Below the pieces are notes generated by a model. That model searched no databases. It saw nothing but the letters and a program-made list of their open reading frames with translations, and was not told the DNA's origin. Shown here one piece after another: positions 42,912-52,885 of a stretch of DNA of 64,000 nucleotides; position 1 is the first letter of the stretch; every line of letters starts with the position of its first letter. The position numbers and the translations under genes are program-made. This stretch comes from Gemmatimonadales bacterium. Its GTDB lineage: Bacteria; Gemmatimonadota; Gemmatimonadetes; Gemmatimonadales; GWC2-71-9. The stretch lies in assembly GCA_035699205.1 (NCBI GenBank), contig DASSBA010000222.1:33988-97987 (forward strand), read 5' to 3'.

Positions 42912-44207
42912 ATGAGCGCACCCCATGTGCTCATCCTCGGCGGCGGGTTCGCGGGAATCTACGCGGCCAAGGCGCTCAGGAACGTGCCTGTCCGGGTCAC
43001 GGTCATCGACCGGCGCAACCATCACCTCTTCCAGCCGATGCTCTACCAGGTGGCGACCGCCGGGCTCAACCCGAGCGACATCGCCTCGCCGATCCGGTCG
43101 ATCCTCCGCGGCTCCGCCAATACCGAGGTGCTGCTCGCCGAGGCCGACGCGATCGATGTCGAGCGGCGGGAGGTGCGGCTCGGTGATGGCACGGCCATGT
43201 CCTATGATTATCTGATCGTCGGCACCGGCGCGCGGCACTCGTATTTCGGGCACGACGAGTGGGAGCCGCTCGCCCCGGGGCTCAAGAGCCTCGAGGACGC
43301 GCTCGACATCCGCCGGCGCGTGCTGCTCGCCTTCGAGCGCGCCGAACGGGAGAAGGACGCGGTCCGCCGCCACGCGTTTCTCACGTTCGTCATCGTGGGA
43401 GGCGGACCGACCGGCGTCGAGATGGCCGGCGCCGTCGCCGAGATCCGGCGCTACGCGCTCCGCCGCGACTTCCGGCACATCGACCCCGCGGAGGCCACGG
43501 TCATGCTGCTGGAGGGCGGCCCCCGCCTCCTGCCCTCCTACCCCGAGAGCCTGAGCACCGAGGCCAAGCACGAACTCCGGCGGCTCGGGGTCGAGGTACG
43601 GACGGAAACCCTCGTGACCGACATCCGGCCGGGCTGGGTGTGCGCCGCGGGCTGGACCATCCCCACCCAGACGGTCGTGTGGGCGGCCGGCAACACGGCA
43701 AGCCCGTTGCTCCGGAGCCTGGGCACCCCGCTCGATCGAATGGGCCGTGCCATCGTCGAGCCCGACTGCACCATCCCGGGCCATCCCGAGGTCTTCGTCC
43801 TGGGCGATGCCGCTCATTTCGACCGGCCGGGCGGTGAGCCGCTCCCGGGGATCTCGCCCGTCGCGATCCAGATGGGCGAGTACGCGGCGCGGACCATCGA
43901 GGGCGACCTGGCCGGCCGGCCGCGCCGCGCGTTCAGCTACTGGGACAAGGGGCAGCTCGCGGTCATCGGCCGGGGTCGGGCGGTGGCGGACATCTGGAAG
44001 CTCCACTTCGGCGGCTTTCTCGCCTGGATCGTCTGGATCTTCGTGCACGTCTTCTTTCTCATCGGCTTCCGCAACCGGGTGCTGGTGCTGCTGCAGTGGG
44101 CCTGGTCCTACGTCACCTACCGCCGGGGAGCGCGGCTGATCACGGCGGAGGTCCAGCCGCCGGTCACCTCCCCGACACCGGCCGGCGCCCGCGCCGCGTC
44201 GCCGTGA
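42912..44207 (+). CDS. ndh: type II NADH dehydrogenase (NDH-2)-like FAD oxidoreductase
   Basis: Two dinucleotide folds, ILGGGFAGIY and VIVGGGPTGVEMAG. C-terminal membrane-associated helices. Confidence 0.85.
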   Translation: MSAPHVLILGGGFAGIYAAKALRNVPVRVTVIDRRNHHLFQPMLYQVATAGLNPSDIASPIRSILRGSANTEVLLAEADAIDVERREVRLGDGTAMSYDYLIVGTGARHSYFGHDEWEPLAPGLKSLEDALDIRRRVLLAFERAEREKDAVRRHAFLTFVIVGGGPTGVEMAGAVAEIRRYALRRDFRHIDPAEATVMLLEGGPRLLPSYPESLSTEAKHELRRLGVEVRTETLVTDIRPGWVCAAGWTIPTQTVVWAAGNTASPLLRSLGTPLDRMGRAIVEPDCTIPGHPEVFVLGDAAHFDRPGGEPLPGISPVAIQMGEYAARTIEGDLAGRPRRAFSYWDKGQLAVIGRGRAVADIWKLHFGGFLAWIVWIFVHVFFLIGFRNRVLVLLQWAWSYVTYRRGARLITAEVQPPVTSPTPAGARAASP

Positions 44208-45145
44208 GCCTCGCGGAGGACATCAAGGCGCGGGCCGCGGCGCTCGGTTTCCTGGCCTGCGGCATCACGGACCCGGGGCCGCCGCCGCACGCCGACCGGC
44301 TGGATGCATGGCTGGCCAAGGGCTACGGCGGCACCATGCGGTATCTGCACCGCCAGGCCAGGCGCCGGAAGGACCCACGCCTCACCGTCCCCGAATCGCT
44401 CGCCGTCGTGGTCCTGCTCGAGAATTACTATTGCCCCGAGGTCGAGGCCGACCTCGACGCCCCGCGCATCGCCAAGTACGCGCGCGGAGCGGATTACCAC
44501 CACGTCACCATGCGGCGACTGGAGACGCTGGCCGCGTTTCTGATGGAGCACGGCGCCCGCGTGGCGCGCCCCTACGTCGATGCCGGGCCGATCCCCGAGC
44601 GCGAGCTGGCGCAGCGCGCCGGGCTGGGCTGGATCGGCAAGAACACCATGCTCATTCGTCCCGGCGCCGGCTCATTCTTCTTCATCGGTTCGATCTTCAC
44701 CGACCTCCCGCTGCCGTCCGATCCGCCGTTCACGGCCGACCGCTGCGGCACCTGTACCCGCTGCCTCGATGCCTGTCCCACCGCCGCGTTCGTCGAGCCG
44801 CACGTGCTCGACGCCACCCGCTGCATCTCCTATCTCACGATCGAGCAGCGCGGGCCCATTCCGGAGCCGTTCGCCGAGCGGATGGAGGGGTTCGCCTTCG
44901 GCTGCGACATCTGCAACGACGTCTGCCCCTGGAACCAGCGGTTCGCCGAGGCGACAATCGTGCCCGGGCTGCAACCGCAACACTCGCTGGCTGGGATAGA
45001 CGAGGCGTACTTCGAGGCGATGGACGACGAGGAGTTCCGGCGGCGCTACGGCGGCACCGCGTTCGAGCGGGCCGGTCTCGCCGGCATGCGGCGGAACGTG
45101 CGGGCGGCGCTCGCGTCGGTCCACCCGCAGGAGCGTGAGCCATGA
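44204..45145 (+). CDS. queG: epoxyqueuosine reductase
   Basis: GTG 44204 in a GTGA overlap. Contains CGTCTRCLDACP, CISYLTIE, and CDICNDVCPWN. Confidence 0.9.
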   Translation: MSLAEDIKARAAALGFLACGITDPGPPPHADRLDAWLAKGYGGTMRYLHRQARRRKDPRLTVPESLAVVVLLENYYCPEVEADLDAPRIAKYARGADYHHVTMRRLETLAAFLMEHGARVARPYVDAGPIPERELAQRAGLGWIGKNTMLIRPGAGSFFFIGSIFTDLPLPSDPPFTADRCGTCTRCLDACPTAAFVEPHVLDATRCISYLTIEQRGPIPEPFAERMEGFAFGCDICNDVCPWNQRFAEATIVPGLQPQHSLAGIDEAYFEAMDDEEFRRRYGGTAFERAGLAGMRRNVRAALASVHPQEREP

Positions 45146-45612
45146 GCGCGGAGCTCCGCCGGTTTCGCCGGCTGTTCGAGCACGACGGCTGGGCCAACGC
45201 CGCGGTGGTGGTGTCGCTCCGGGAGGGGCCCGCGCCGGACACGGCGCGGAAGTGGATGGCGCACATCGTCGCGTCGGAGCGGCTCTGGCTGGCCCGGCTG
45301 CGGCAGGAGCCCTCGTCCCTGCCGGTCTGGCCGGACCTCGACCTCGACGCCTGCGCGGCGGAGCTCACCGAGCTCCAGGACGAGTGGATGAGCTGCCTCG
45401 AGTCGCTGGGTGACGAGGATCTCGAGGATGGCGTAGCCTACCGCAACAGCTTGGGCGAGTTCTGGACCAGTACCGTGGGCGACATCCTCACCCACGTCGT
45501 ACTCCACTCCGCCTACCATCGCGGGCAGATCGCCTCTGCCGTGCGCGAGGCGGGGGGCGCGCCGGCGTACACCGACTTCATCCACGCGGTGCGGTCGGGA
45601 TTGATCGAATGA
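45142..45612 (+). CDS. DinB family protein
   Basis: ATGA overlap. Four-helix DinB pattern with HSAYHRGQI. Confidence 0.75.
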   Translation: MSAELRRFRRLFEHDGWANAAVVVSLREGPAPDTARKWMAHIVASERLWLARLRQEPSSLPVWPDLDLDACAAELTELQDEWMSCLESLGDEDLEDGVAYRNSLGEFWTSTVGDILTHVVLHSAYHRGQIASAVREAGGAPAYTDFIHAVRSGLIE

Positions 45613-45833
45613 GCCCGCAGGGTGGGTCCGGGCCGCTGCTGGTGGGGGTGGGCGTGGTGTGCGTCCTGGTGGGCCTCCTGGTCTGGTCGGGCGCACTCGC
45701 CTGGTTGGGCCGGCTGCCGGGCGATATCCGGATCGAGCGGGAGTCGGCGCGGGTGTACTTCCCCATCGTGAGCATGCTGGTGGTGTCGGCGGTGCTGAGC
45801 CTGGTGCTGTATCTGGTGCGGCGGTTGTTCTAA
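45609..45833 (+). CDS. DUF2905 small membrane protein
   Basis: 74 aa with two TM helices flanking LPGDIRIERE...YFPI. Confidence 0.7.
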   Translation: MSPQGGSGPLLVGVGVVCVLVGLLVWSGALAWLGRLPGDIRIERESARVYFPIVSMLVVSAVLSLVLYLVRRLF

Positions 45834-45844
45834 CTTTCACCGCC

Positions 45845-46366
45845 ATGGACGCACTCCCGACCTCTCCCGCGATGGCCCCCGAGGTGGGCACCATCGACCA
45901 GCGGCGGCTCGACCACCTCCACCGCGTCGGTTACCTGCTCGACAACTCCATCGGCATCCCGGGCACCCGCTTCCGGCTCGGCCTCGAGAGCCTGATCGGA
46001 CTGGTGCCGGGCATCGGCGACGCCGTCGCCGGCCTGCTCTCGCTCTACATCATCGTCGAGGCGCACCGGCTGGGCGTGCCGCGCGCGCTGCTGGCGCGCA
46101 TGGGCTGGAACGTCGCGATCGACACCCTGGTGGGCGAGGTGCCCATCCTGGGCGACCTGTTCGACATCGGCTTCAAGGCCAACCTGCGGAACCTGGCGCT
46201 GCTCGACGGCTTCGCGCAGCGTCCGGTCGCGGTGCGGCGGTCGAGCCGGCTCCTCCTGGCGCTCATCATCCTGGGCGTAGTGCTGGTCACGGCCGGCGCA
46301 ATCGCCCTCGCCGTCCTGCTCGTGCAGTTGATGTCGGCGCAGCTCCGGTCGGGGCTCTTCCAGTGA
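45845..46366 (+). CDS. DUF4112 membrane protein
   Basis: ATG 45845. GLVPGIGDAVAGLLSLYII and PILGDLFD are typical of DUF4112 (from memory). Confidence 0.7.
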   Translation: MDALPTSPAMAPEVGTIDQRRLDHLHRVGYLLDNSIGIPGTRFRLGLESLIGLVPGIGDAVAGLLSLYIIVEAHRLGVPRALLARMGWNVAIDTLVGEVPILGDLFDIGFKANLRNLALLDGFAQRPVAVRRSSRLLLALIILGVVLVTAGAIALAVLLVQLMSAQLRSGLFQ

Positions 46367-46776
46367 CCGCGCCCGCCCCGGCGGTGTACAGCATCGCCAT
46401 CTTCGTGAACGACATGGGCCGGGCGCTCGAGTTCTACCGCGACAAGCTGGCGTTGCCGCTGGCCAAGCAGGGGTCGTTCGGCGCGGAGTTCTTCGGGGAG
46501 GGGACCCGCCTCGGCGTGCACCCTGCGGTCCACCGGGACGCGCGCGCGCTCGTCGGCAGACACACCGGAATCACCCTGTTCGTGCCCGATCTGCTGCACT
46601 ATTGCGGTGAGCTCCACCAGCGCGGCGTCCGCTTCGTCACCGAGCCCACGCAACAGGCGTGGGGGATCATGGCGCTGGTGGCGGACCCCGACGGGAACGT
46701 GCTCGCGCTGTGGGAGGACCGGCTGCCCGAGACCGCGGAGCACGCACCCCTGGACCAGGCTGACGGCGCGGCCTGA
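46363..46776 (+). CDS. VOC (glyoxalase/bleomycin-resistance fold) family protein
   Basis: GTGA overlap. Paired beta-alpha-beta-beta-beta modules, ending DPDGNVLALWE. Confidence 0.8.
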   Translation: MTAPAPAVYSIAIFVNDMGRALEFYRDKLALPLAKQGSFGAEFFGEGTRLGVHPAVHRDARALVGRHTGITLFVPDLLHYCGELHQRGVRFVTEPTQQAWGIMALVADPDGNVLALWEDRLPETAEHAPLDQADGAA

Positions 46777-46783
46777 CGGCGGG

Positions 46784-47257
46784 TCAGGCCAGATCTCGCG
46801 GCGGCCGGTACGGTGAGACCGCGAGCGCGGCCGGGTCGCCGCGATACGAGTCTTCCACGATCTGGCCCTGCTGCTCCATTCCGTAGGATTCGAACGACTT
46901 CCCCAGCTCCAGCCGATAGCGGTACGGACTCGGGCCGATGCCGAACGAACGGTGCAGCAGATCGCGGAGCTGCGCGGCGGCGCCGCGGCTGAAATACCGC
47001 CACCGGCCCCACGCCTGGTACTGTCCGCAGTGGGTGAGCTCATGCGCCAGGATCGCGAGGTCTCCGGCGCAGCGGTCGGGCAGGAAGACGTGGTTGCCGA
47101 GCGCGACGGCGCGGCCTCGGCTGACCCACAGGACCATCCGGCGGAGCGCGCCCGCGGCACCGGGCCGCGGCACGCGATGCAGCCGCACGCGGCCGCAGTC
47201 CACCCGCGCAGCCAGGCTGCCCAGCCGGGCGCACTCATCGACGGTCAGCCGGTCCAC
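46784..47257 (-). CDS. DUF4157-like protein with HExxH motif
   Basis: 157 aa. ILAHELTHCGQ (HExxH). Family assignment from memory. Confidence 0.55.
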   Translation of the reverse strand: MDRLTVDECARLGSLAARVDCGRVRLHRVPRPGAAGALRRMVLWVSRGRAVALGNHVFLPDRCAGDLAILAHELTHCGQYQAWGRWRYFSRGAAAQLRDLLHRSFGIGPSPYRYRLELGKSFESYGMEQQGQIVEDSYRGDPAALAVSPYRPPRDLA

Positions 47258-47273
47258 CGTTCCGCCGTAGCGC

Positions 47274-48449
47274 TCACTTGCCGAGAAACTCCCCGATCGG
47301 GGCCAGCGACTCGATGTGGTCGCAGAAAATCTTGAGCGTGGCGAGCAGCGGCACCGCGATGAACGCCCCGCCCACGCCCCAGAGCCACCACCAGAAGACG
47401 AGGCCCACCAGGATCGCCACGGGATTGAGCGTGAGCCGCCGGCCCAGCACCATCGGCGAGATGAAGTTGGCCTGAATCAGGTTCACCGCAAGATAGGCCC
47501 CGGGCACCAGCAAGGCGTGCCCCATGGTCGGGAAGTTCACGATGCCGGCCATCGTCAGCAGCGCGATCATGACCGTAGCGCCGACATACGGGACGAACTC
47601 CGCCAACGCGGCCAGCGACCCCCACAGCACCGCGTTGGGCATTCCGATCAGCGTCATCACCAGCGTCACCACGAGGCCCAGACCGATGTTGACGAAGGTG
47701 AGAGTGAACAGATACGTCGAGATGGACGCCTCGGTCTCCCGCGCGATCGCCACCGCCTTCTTCTTGTCCCGGAGCAGCGGCAGCACCTTGATCAGCTTCT
47801 GAAGGAAGAGGTCGCCGGCGGCGAGCAGGAAATAGAGCAGGATGACCGTCTCCATCGCGCCCGTGAGCAGGCTCTGGGTGGTGCCGAAGAGCCGCTCGCT
47901 GAGCCTGGGCCCCCGCACGACCACCTCCTGGGGGCCGCTCTTCTCGACTTCCGTCGCCGCCTCCACCCGCTCCGCCGTCCGGGTCACCTGCTCCACCGGA
48001 CGTTGCAGCGCCTCGAGCCGCGACTGCACCCTGGCGATGCTCTCCGGCGCTCGCGCCATCCAGTCTCGCGCCGGCTCGGCCAGGCTGTAGACGCCCGCGC
48101 CCAGCGCGCCCAGCAGCACCAGGATGACCAGCGCGGCGCCGGCGGGCTCCGGGATCCGGATGCGCTTGAGCAGCCGGATGATCGGGCTGAGCAGGAAATC
48201 GAGCAGGACGGCCAGGACGATGGGCAGGAGAAATGCGCGCGCGAAGTAGAGCGTGTACAGCACCGCCAGCACGAGCAGCCCGGTGATGGCGATCGACCGG
48301 ACCTCGATGCGGTCGCGGAGCGCCTCCCCCAGCTTGCGGAGGTCCGGCTGCTCGACCGCGCCGCCTTCCTCCGCGGGTCCGGCGGGCGCCGGCACCTCGG
48401 GCCGGAACGCCTCGCCCGGCGCCGAGTCTTCGGTGCTGCGAGTGTCCAT
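47274..48449 (-). CDS. AI-2E family transporter (PerM-like)
   Basis: 391 aa with about 8 TM helices. Contains EFVPYVG and FWWWLWGVGGAFIAVP. Confidence 0.85.
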   Translation of the reverse strand: MDTRSTEDSAPGEAFRPEVPAPAGPAEEGGAVEQPDLRKLGEALRDRIEVRSIAITGLLVLAVLYTLYFARAFLLPIVLAVLLDFLLSPIIRLLKRIRIPEPAGAALVILVLLGALGAGVYSLAEPARDWMARAPESIARVQSRLEALQRPVEQVTRTAERVEAATEVEKSGPQEVVVRGPRLSERLFGTTQSLLTGAMETVILLYFLLAAGDLFLQKLIKVLPLLRDKKKAVAIARETEASISTYLFTLTFVNIGLGLVVTLVMTLIGMPNAVLWGSLAALAEFVPYVGATVMIALLTMAGIVNFPTMGHALLVPGAYLAVNLIQANFISPMVLGRRLTLNPVAILVGLVFWWWLWGVGGAFIAVPLLATLKIFCDHIESLAPIGEFLGK

Positions 48450-48570
48450 GCGCTGACTCGAATCGAGGGAACCGCCCTTGTCCGCCCATCCCGGCAGGCG
48501 CTAAGGTTACGCGGCGCACGCCCGCGCGGCTGTGCGCCCCAGCACACCGGGCCCTCGGGACGGGAGACCC

Positions 48571-49335
48571 ATGTCGCGCGTCTGGCAAACCATCGTGTCG
48601 GTCTGGGCCTGGCTCGTGCTCATCCTGTGCACGCTGCTCTGGCTGCCGCTCATGGCGCTGCTCCGCCTGGCCACGGCGCCGTTCGACCGGGGCCGCTACG
48701 CGGTCGGGTACCTCTTCCGCCAGATCCCCGTCATCGTGGCGGCGGCCAATCCGCTCTGGCGATTCCGTTGTACCGGCACCATGCCGGCCGACCCGCGGCA
48801 CCCGTACGTGGTGGTCTCCAATCACGAGTCGTTCGTCGACATCCTGCTCATCAGCCACCTGCCCTGGGAGATGAAGTGGCTCTCCAAGGCCGAGCTGTTC
48901 CGGATCCCGGTCCTCGGCTGGCTGATGCGCCTCGCGGGCGACATCCCGATCAAGCGCGGCTTCGGACCGAGCGCCGTCGAGGCGATGTCCCAGTGCCGCG
49001 ACGCCCTGGCCAATCGGGTCTCGGTGATGATTTTTCCGGAGGGGACGCGATCCACGACGGCCGACCTGCTTCCGTTCAAGGATGGAGCCTTCCGCCTGGC
49101 CATCGACGCGGGCGTTCCGATTCTCCCACTGGTCGTGCACGGTACGTCCACGGCGCTCCCGAAGCACGACTGGCGGTTCGCGCGCTCCGACGCCGAGGTG
49201 CGCGTGCTCGAGCCGGTCGCGACCAGCGGCCTCACACCGGCGGACGTCGCGGCGCTCAAGGAACGGGTGCGGCGGGTGATCATCGAGGCGCGGGGCGAGC
49301 TCGCGAGTGCACCTGGAGATCGGACGCTGGGGTGA
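48571..49335 (+). CDS. plsC: 1-acyl-sn-glycerol-3-phosphate acyltransferase
   Basis: ATG 48571 after GGGAG. Contains NHESFVD (HX4D) and FPEGTRS. Confidence 0.85.
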   Translation: MSRVWQTIVSVWAWLVLILCTLLWLPLMALLRLATAPFDRGRYAVGYLFRQIPVIVAAANPLWRFRCTGTMPADPRHPYVVVSNHESFVDILLISHLPWEMKWLSKAELFRIPVLGWLMRLAGDIPIKRGFGPSAVEAMSQCRDALANRVSVMIFPEGTRSTTADLLPFKDGAFRLAIDAGVPILPLVVHGTSTALPKHDWRFARSDAEVRVLEPVATSGLTPADVAALKERVRRVIIEARGELASAPGDRTLG

Positions 49336-49355
49336 CTCGGCGCAGGGGCGGAGCC

Positions 49356-49380
49356 GTCATCCCGAAGAGAGGGAGGGATC
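49356..49380. repeat. half copy of the GTCATCCCGA...GGGATC REP-like unit
   Basis: gtcatcccgaagagagggagggatc in the convergent gap between plsC (stop at 49335) and the ABC permease (stop at 49475). The inverted partner is only degenerate (…ccatgac…). Confidence 0.5.
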
Positions 49381-49474
49381 CGGGCCGGCCATGACCCGGG
49401 CGCCGCAGGGAAGATCGCTCGTCCGCGTGGCCGTCGATCCGCCTGGCACCGGCCGCGCCCGCCTCACCCGCCCG

Positions 49475-50386
49475 CTACGCCCTGCCCAGATCCCCCGGCG
49501 CCCGTACCCGTCCCACCGCGCCGACCAGGGCGAGCAGCGTCAGCGCGTACGGCAGCATCAGAAAGAGCTGGTACGGCACCGCCAATCCGAGCGACTGGAA
49601 CACGTACTGCAGGGCCGTGGCGCCGCCGAAGAGGAGCGAAGCCACCAGGATGCCCGCCGGATGCCAGCGCCCGAGCACCACGATCGCGATCGCCACATAG
49701 CCGCGACCCGCCGTCATCCCCTCGGCAAAGGTACCCACCTGCGCCAGCACCAGCGTCGCGCCCGCGAGCCCGCCGAAGCCGCCGCCCACGAGGATGGCCC
49801 CTGCCCTCATGAGTCGCGTGCGCACGCCGGCCGCGCGCGCCATCGCGGCGGCTTCGCCGGTGGCCCGGAGCGCGAGCCCGAGCCGCGTGCGGAAGAGCAC
49901 CCACCAGACGAGCGGCAGCGCGAGGAAGGCGAGGTACGTCGGTGCCGGCTGTTCGAAGAGCGCGGGCCCGAGGAGCGGCACGCGCGCGAGCCCCGGGACC
50001 GGGAGCGCGGCGAGCGTCGGAAGCGCCAGGCCCGCGCCGCCCGTCCCGAACGCCTGGCGGTAGATCGTCCCGGTGAGACCGACGGCGCCGAGCGAGATCG
50101 CGGTGCCGGCGATGATCTGGTCCGCCCCTGCGCCGATCGCGACGGCCGCGAAGACCACGGCGAGTGCCATCCCCGCCAGCACGCCGGCCGCGACGCCGGT
50201 CCACGGCCCGACCGCGCTGGCCCCGAGCGTCGCCGCGAGCGCGCCGGCCAGCATCATCCCCTCGAGCCCCAGGTTGATCACACCGGCCCGCTCGGTCACC
50301 GTCTCGCCCGTGGCGGCCAGCAGGAGCGGCGTCGCCACCCGCACCGCCGCCGCGAGAAAGCCGCCGACGACGGCGGTCTCGATCAC
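49475..50386 (-). CDS. ABC transporter permease (BMP/nucleoside-sugar type, second)
   Basis: GTG 50386 in a GTGA overlap. Contains TERAGVINLGLEGMM and multiple TM helices. Confidence 0.85.
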   Translation of the reverse strand: MIETAVVGGFLAAAVRVATPLLLAATGETVTERAGVINLGLEGMMLAGALAATLGASAVGPWTGVAAGVLAGMALAVVFAAVAIGAGADQIIAGTAISLGAVGLTGTIYRQAFGTGGAGLALPTLAALPVPGLARVPLLGPALFEQPAPTYLAFLALPLVWWVLFRTRLGLALRATGEAAAMARAAGVRTRLMRAGAILVGGGFGGLAGATLVLAQVGTFAEGMTAGRGYVAIAIVVLGRWHPAGILVASLLFGGATALQYVFQSLGLAVPYQLFLMLPYALTLLALVGAVGRVRAPGDLGRA

Positions 50387-51405
50387 GACGACGCGCGCTC
50401 CGCCGGCGTCCGGCGCGCCGCCGCCTCGGCCAGCAGCACGACGATGAGCACCACCGCCTCGACCACGTAAACCGCCACCGCCGGCACGCCGGCGTCGCGT
50501 TGCATGGCACCGGCACCTGCTTCGAGGGCGCCGAACAGAAGCCCGCTGGCGAGCACTCCCAAGGGATGGAGCCGTGCCAGCAGCGCGACCGCGATTGCCG
50601 TGAAGCCGTACCCGGGCGACAGATTCTGAAACAGCGCGTAGGAGACCCCGCTGACCTCCACGCCGCCCGCGAGTCCGGCCAGCGCCCCGGATCCGAGCAG
50701 CGCGCCCGCGGCCACGCGGCCCGCGTCGATCCGGCCGCTGAGCTCCGCGGCGCGGGGACCCGCGCCTACGGCCTTGAGCCGGAACCCCCAGAGCGTACGG
50801 CGGAAGAGATACCAGAGCGCCACGGCGGCCACGAGCGCGAGCAGGAGCCCCGCGTGCAGCCGAGTGCCCGGCAGCAGCGGCAGCCGCGCGGCCGCCGCGA
50901 TGGGGTCGCTCTGGGGATAGATGTGCTGCGCCTCCTGCAGCGGGCCCTGCACCATCAGGCTGACCAGCGACTCGGCGACGAAGCTGAGGAGAAGTGTGCT
51001 GATCACCTCCATTACGTCGAACCGCAGCTTGAGCCAGACCGGCACCACGACCCAGGCCGCGCCGGCCAGCGTTGCCGTGGCGAGCACCAGGGCGACGGCC
51101 GGCACGGGGGGCCACCCCGCGACGTGCAGGCCGACCCATGTCGCGGCGATGGCGCCGGCGTAGAACTGGCCTTCCGCCCCGATGTTGAATGCACCGGCCC
51201 GGAACCCGAGCGCGACACCCAGCCCGATGATGATGAGCGGGATGGCCCGGACGAGGGTGGCGGAGGTGAACGCGTACCAGGAGCCGGCCGCGCCGCGCCA
51301 CAAGGCCGCGAGTGCCGCCCCCGCGTCGTACCCGGCCGCCTGAAGGCCCCCCGCGAGAACGGCGAGACCGAGCGCGAGCGCGAGCGCCGCGGTTCTAGTG
51401 CCCAC
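50383..51405 (-). CDS. ABC transporter permease (BMP/nucleoside-sugar type, first)
   Basis: 340 aa. Contains FNIGAEGQFYAG. GTG start overlaps the ATPase gene by 11 nt. Confidence 0.85.
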   Translation of the reverse strand: MGTRTAALALALGLAVLAGGLQAAGYDAGAALAALWRGAAGSWYAFTSATLVRAIPLIIIGLGVALGFRAGAFNIGAEGQFYAGAIAATWVGLHVAGWPPVPAVALVLATATLAGAAWVVVPVWLKLRFDVMEVISTLLLSFVAESLVSLMVQGPLQEAQHIYPQSDPIAAAARLPLLPGTRLHAGLLLALVAAVALWYLFRRTLWGFRLKAVGAGPRAAELSGRIDAGRVAAGALLGSGALAGLAGGVEVSGVSYALFQNLSPGYGFTAIAVALLARLHPLGVLASGLLFGALEAGAGAMQRDAGVPAVAVYVVEAVVLIVVLLAEAAARRTPAERASS

Positions 51406-52885
51406 CGGTCACCATCAACTCACCCACGTATGCTCGCCCGGCTCCCGTCGGCACCTCGATCAGGATCCCGCGGGCGGCCACGAGCACCCGGTCCGCCAGG
51501 GCGAGCACCTCGTCCAGGTCGCTCGAGTACACCAGCACGGCACCGCCGGCAGCCGCCGCGCCGCGGAGGCGGGCGTGGATGCCCGCCGCCGCACGGATGT
51601 CCAGCCCCCGCGTCGGATTCTCCGCCACCACCACGCGCGGCACGCGGGCGAGTTCGCGCGCCACGAGCAGCCTCTGCTGGTTGCCGCCGCTCAGCGCCGC
51701 CACCCGCGTGTCCGGACCCGGGGCCACGATCCCGAACTCCCGGAGCAGCGTCGCCGTGCACGCCCGGGCCGTACGCCAGTCGATGCGGCCGCGCCGGATC
51801 CATGGTTCATTCGCGCGCGAGCCGAGCACGACGTTCTCCGTGAGCGTGAGCTCGGGAATGAGCCCTTCGGTCGAGCGGTCCTCCGGCACGAATCCGACGG
51901 GCTCCGCGACCGCGCGCCGGCCGCGGAGCAGTCCGATGCGGCCGGCCACCGCGCGGAGCAGCTCCCGCTGCCCGTTCCCTTCCACCCCGGCCACCCCCAC
52001 GATCTCGCCGGCGCGGACGCTCAGTGAAGCCCGCCGCACGGCGATGCCGCGGCCGGCTTCGCGCGGGATCACCGCGTCGTCGAGCCGCACCAGAGCAGGG
52101 CCGGTCGTCGAAGCGTCACCGCGATCGCCGGCAGGACGGCCCGCCGGAGGGCTCGCCGAGGAGTCCACGCCCCCGCCGCCGATCATCGCCGCCGCCAGCG
52201 TGGCCGCGGTCTGCCCCTCCACCGGTCCCGCGAACACCACCTCTCCCTGCCGCAACACGGTCACCCGGTCCGCCGCCGTGAGCGCCTCGTCGAGCTTGTG
52301 GGTGATGAGCACCGCCGACCCGCCGCGCGCGGTGAACGCGCGGATCACACCGAGCAGGTCGTCCGCTTCGCCCGGCGCCAGCACCGCCGTGGGCTCGTCG
52401 AGGAGCAGGATGCGCGCGTCGGAGGCCAGTGCCTTCACGATCTCGAGCCGTTGCTTGAGCGAAACGCTCAGATCGCCGGCCCGGGTGTCCGGATCGAGCG
52501 GCAGGCCCGCCCCCTCGGCCAGCGCACGCACTCGCTCGCGCAGCCGGCGGGGGTGCGCGCTCCAGCCCGACGCGAGCGCCACGTTCTCCGCCACGGTCAG
52601 CGCCGGGACCGAAGTGGAGTGCTGGTGCACCATGCCGATCCCGAGCGCGCGCGCAGCACGCGGCGAGGCGATCGCGCGCGGCGTTCCGTTCACTTCGATC
52701 TGCCCGGCGTCCGGCCGCAGCAGACCGTACGCCATCTGCATGAGCGTCGTCTTGCCCGCGCCGTTCTCGCCGAGCAGCGCGTGCAGCTCGCCGGACATCA
52801 GCGTGAAATCGGCTCCGTGCAGTGCCTGCACGGAGCCGAAACGCTTGCCGATGCCGCGCAGTACGAGCGCGGGCGGAGCGGTCAC
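51395..52885 (-). CDS. ABC transporter ATP-binding protein with duplicated ATPase domains
   Basis: GTG 52885 in a GTGA overlap. Domain 1 has GENGAGKTT and LLLDEPT. Domain 2 has GVEGNGQ and LSGGNQQ. Confidence 0.9.
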   Translation of the reverse strand: MTAPPALVLRGIGKRFGSVQALHGADFTLMSGELHALLGENGAGKTTLMQMAYGLLRPDAGQIEVNGTPRAIASPRAARALGIGMVHQHSTSVPALTVAENVALASGWSAHPRRLRERVRALAEGAGLPLDPDTRAGDLSVSLKQRLEIVKALASDARILLLDEPTAVLAPGEADDLLGVIRAFTARGGSAVLITHKLDEALTAADRVTVLRQGEVVFAGPVEGQTAATLAAAMIGGGGVDSSASPPAGRPAGDRGDASTTGPALVRLDDAVIPREAGRGIAVRRASLSVRAGEIVGVAGVEGNGQRELLRAVAGRIGLLRGRRAVAEPVGFVPEDRSTEGLIPELTLTENVVLGSRANEPWIRRGRIDWRTARACTATLLREFGIVAPGPDTRVAALSGGNQQRLLVARELARVPRVVVAENPTRGLDIRAAAGIHARLRGAAAAGGAVLVYSSDLDEVLALADRVLVAARGILIEVPTGAGRAYVGELMVTGGH

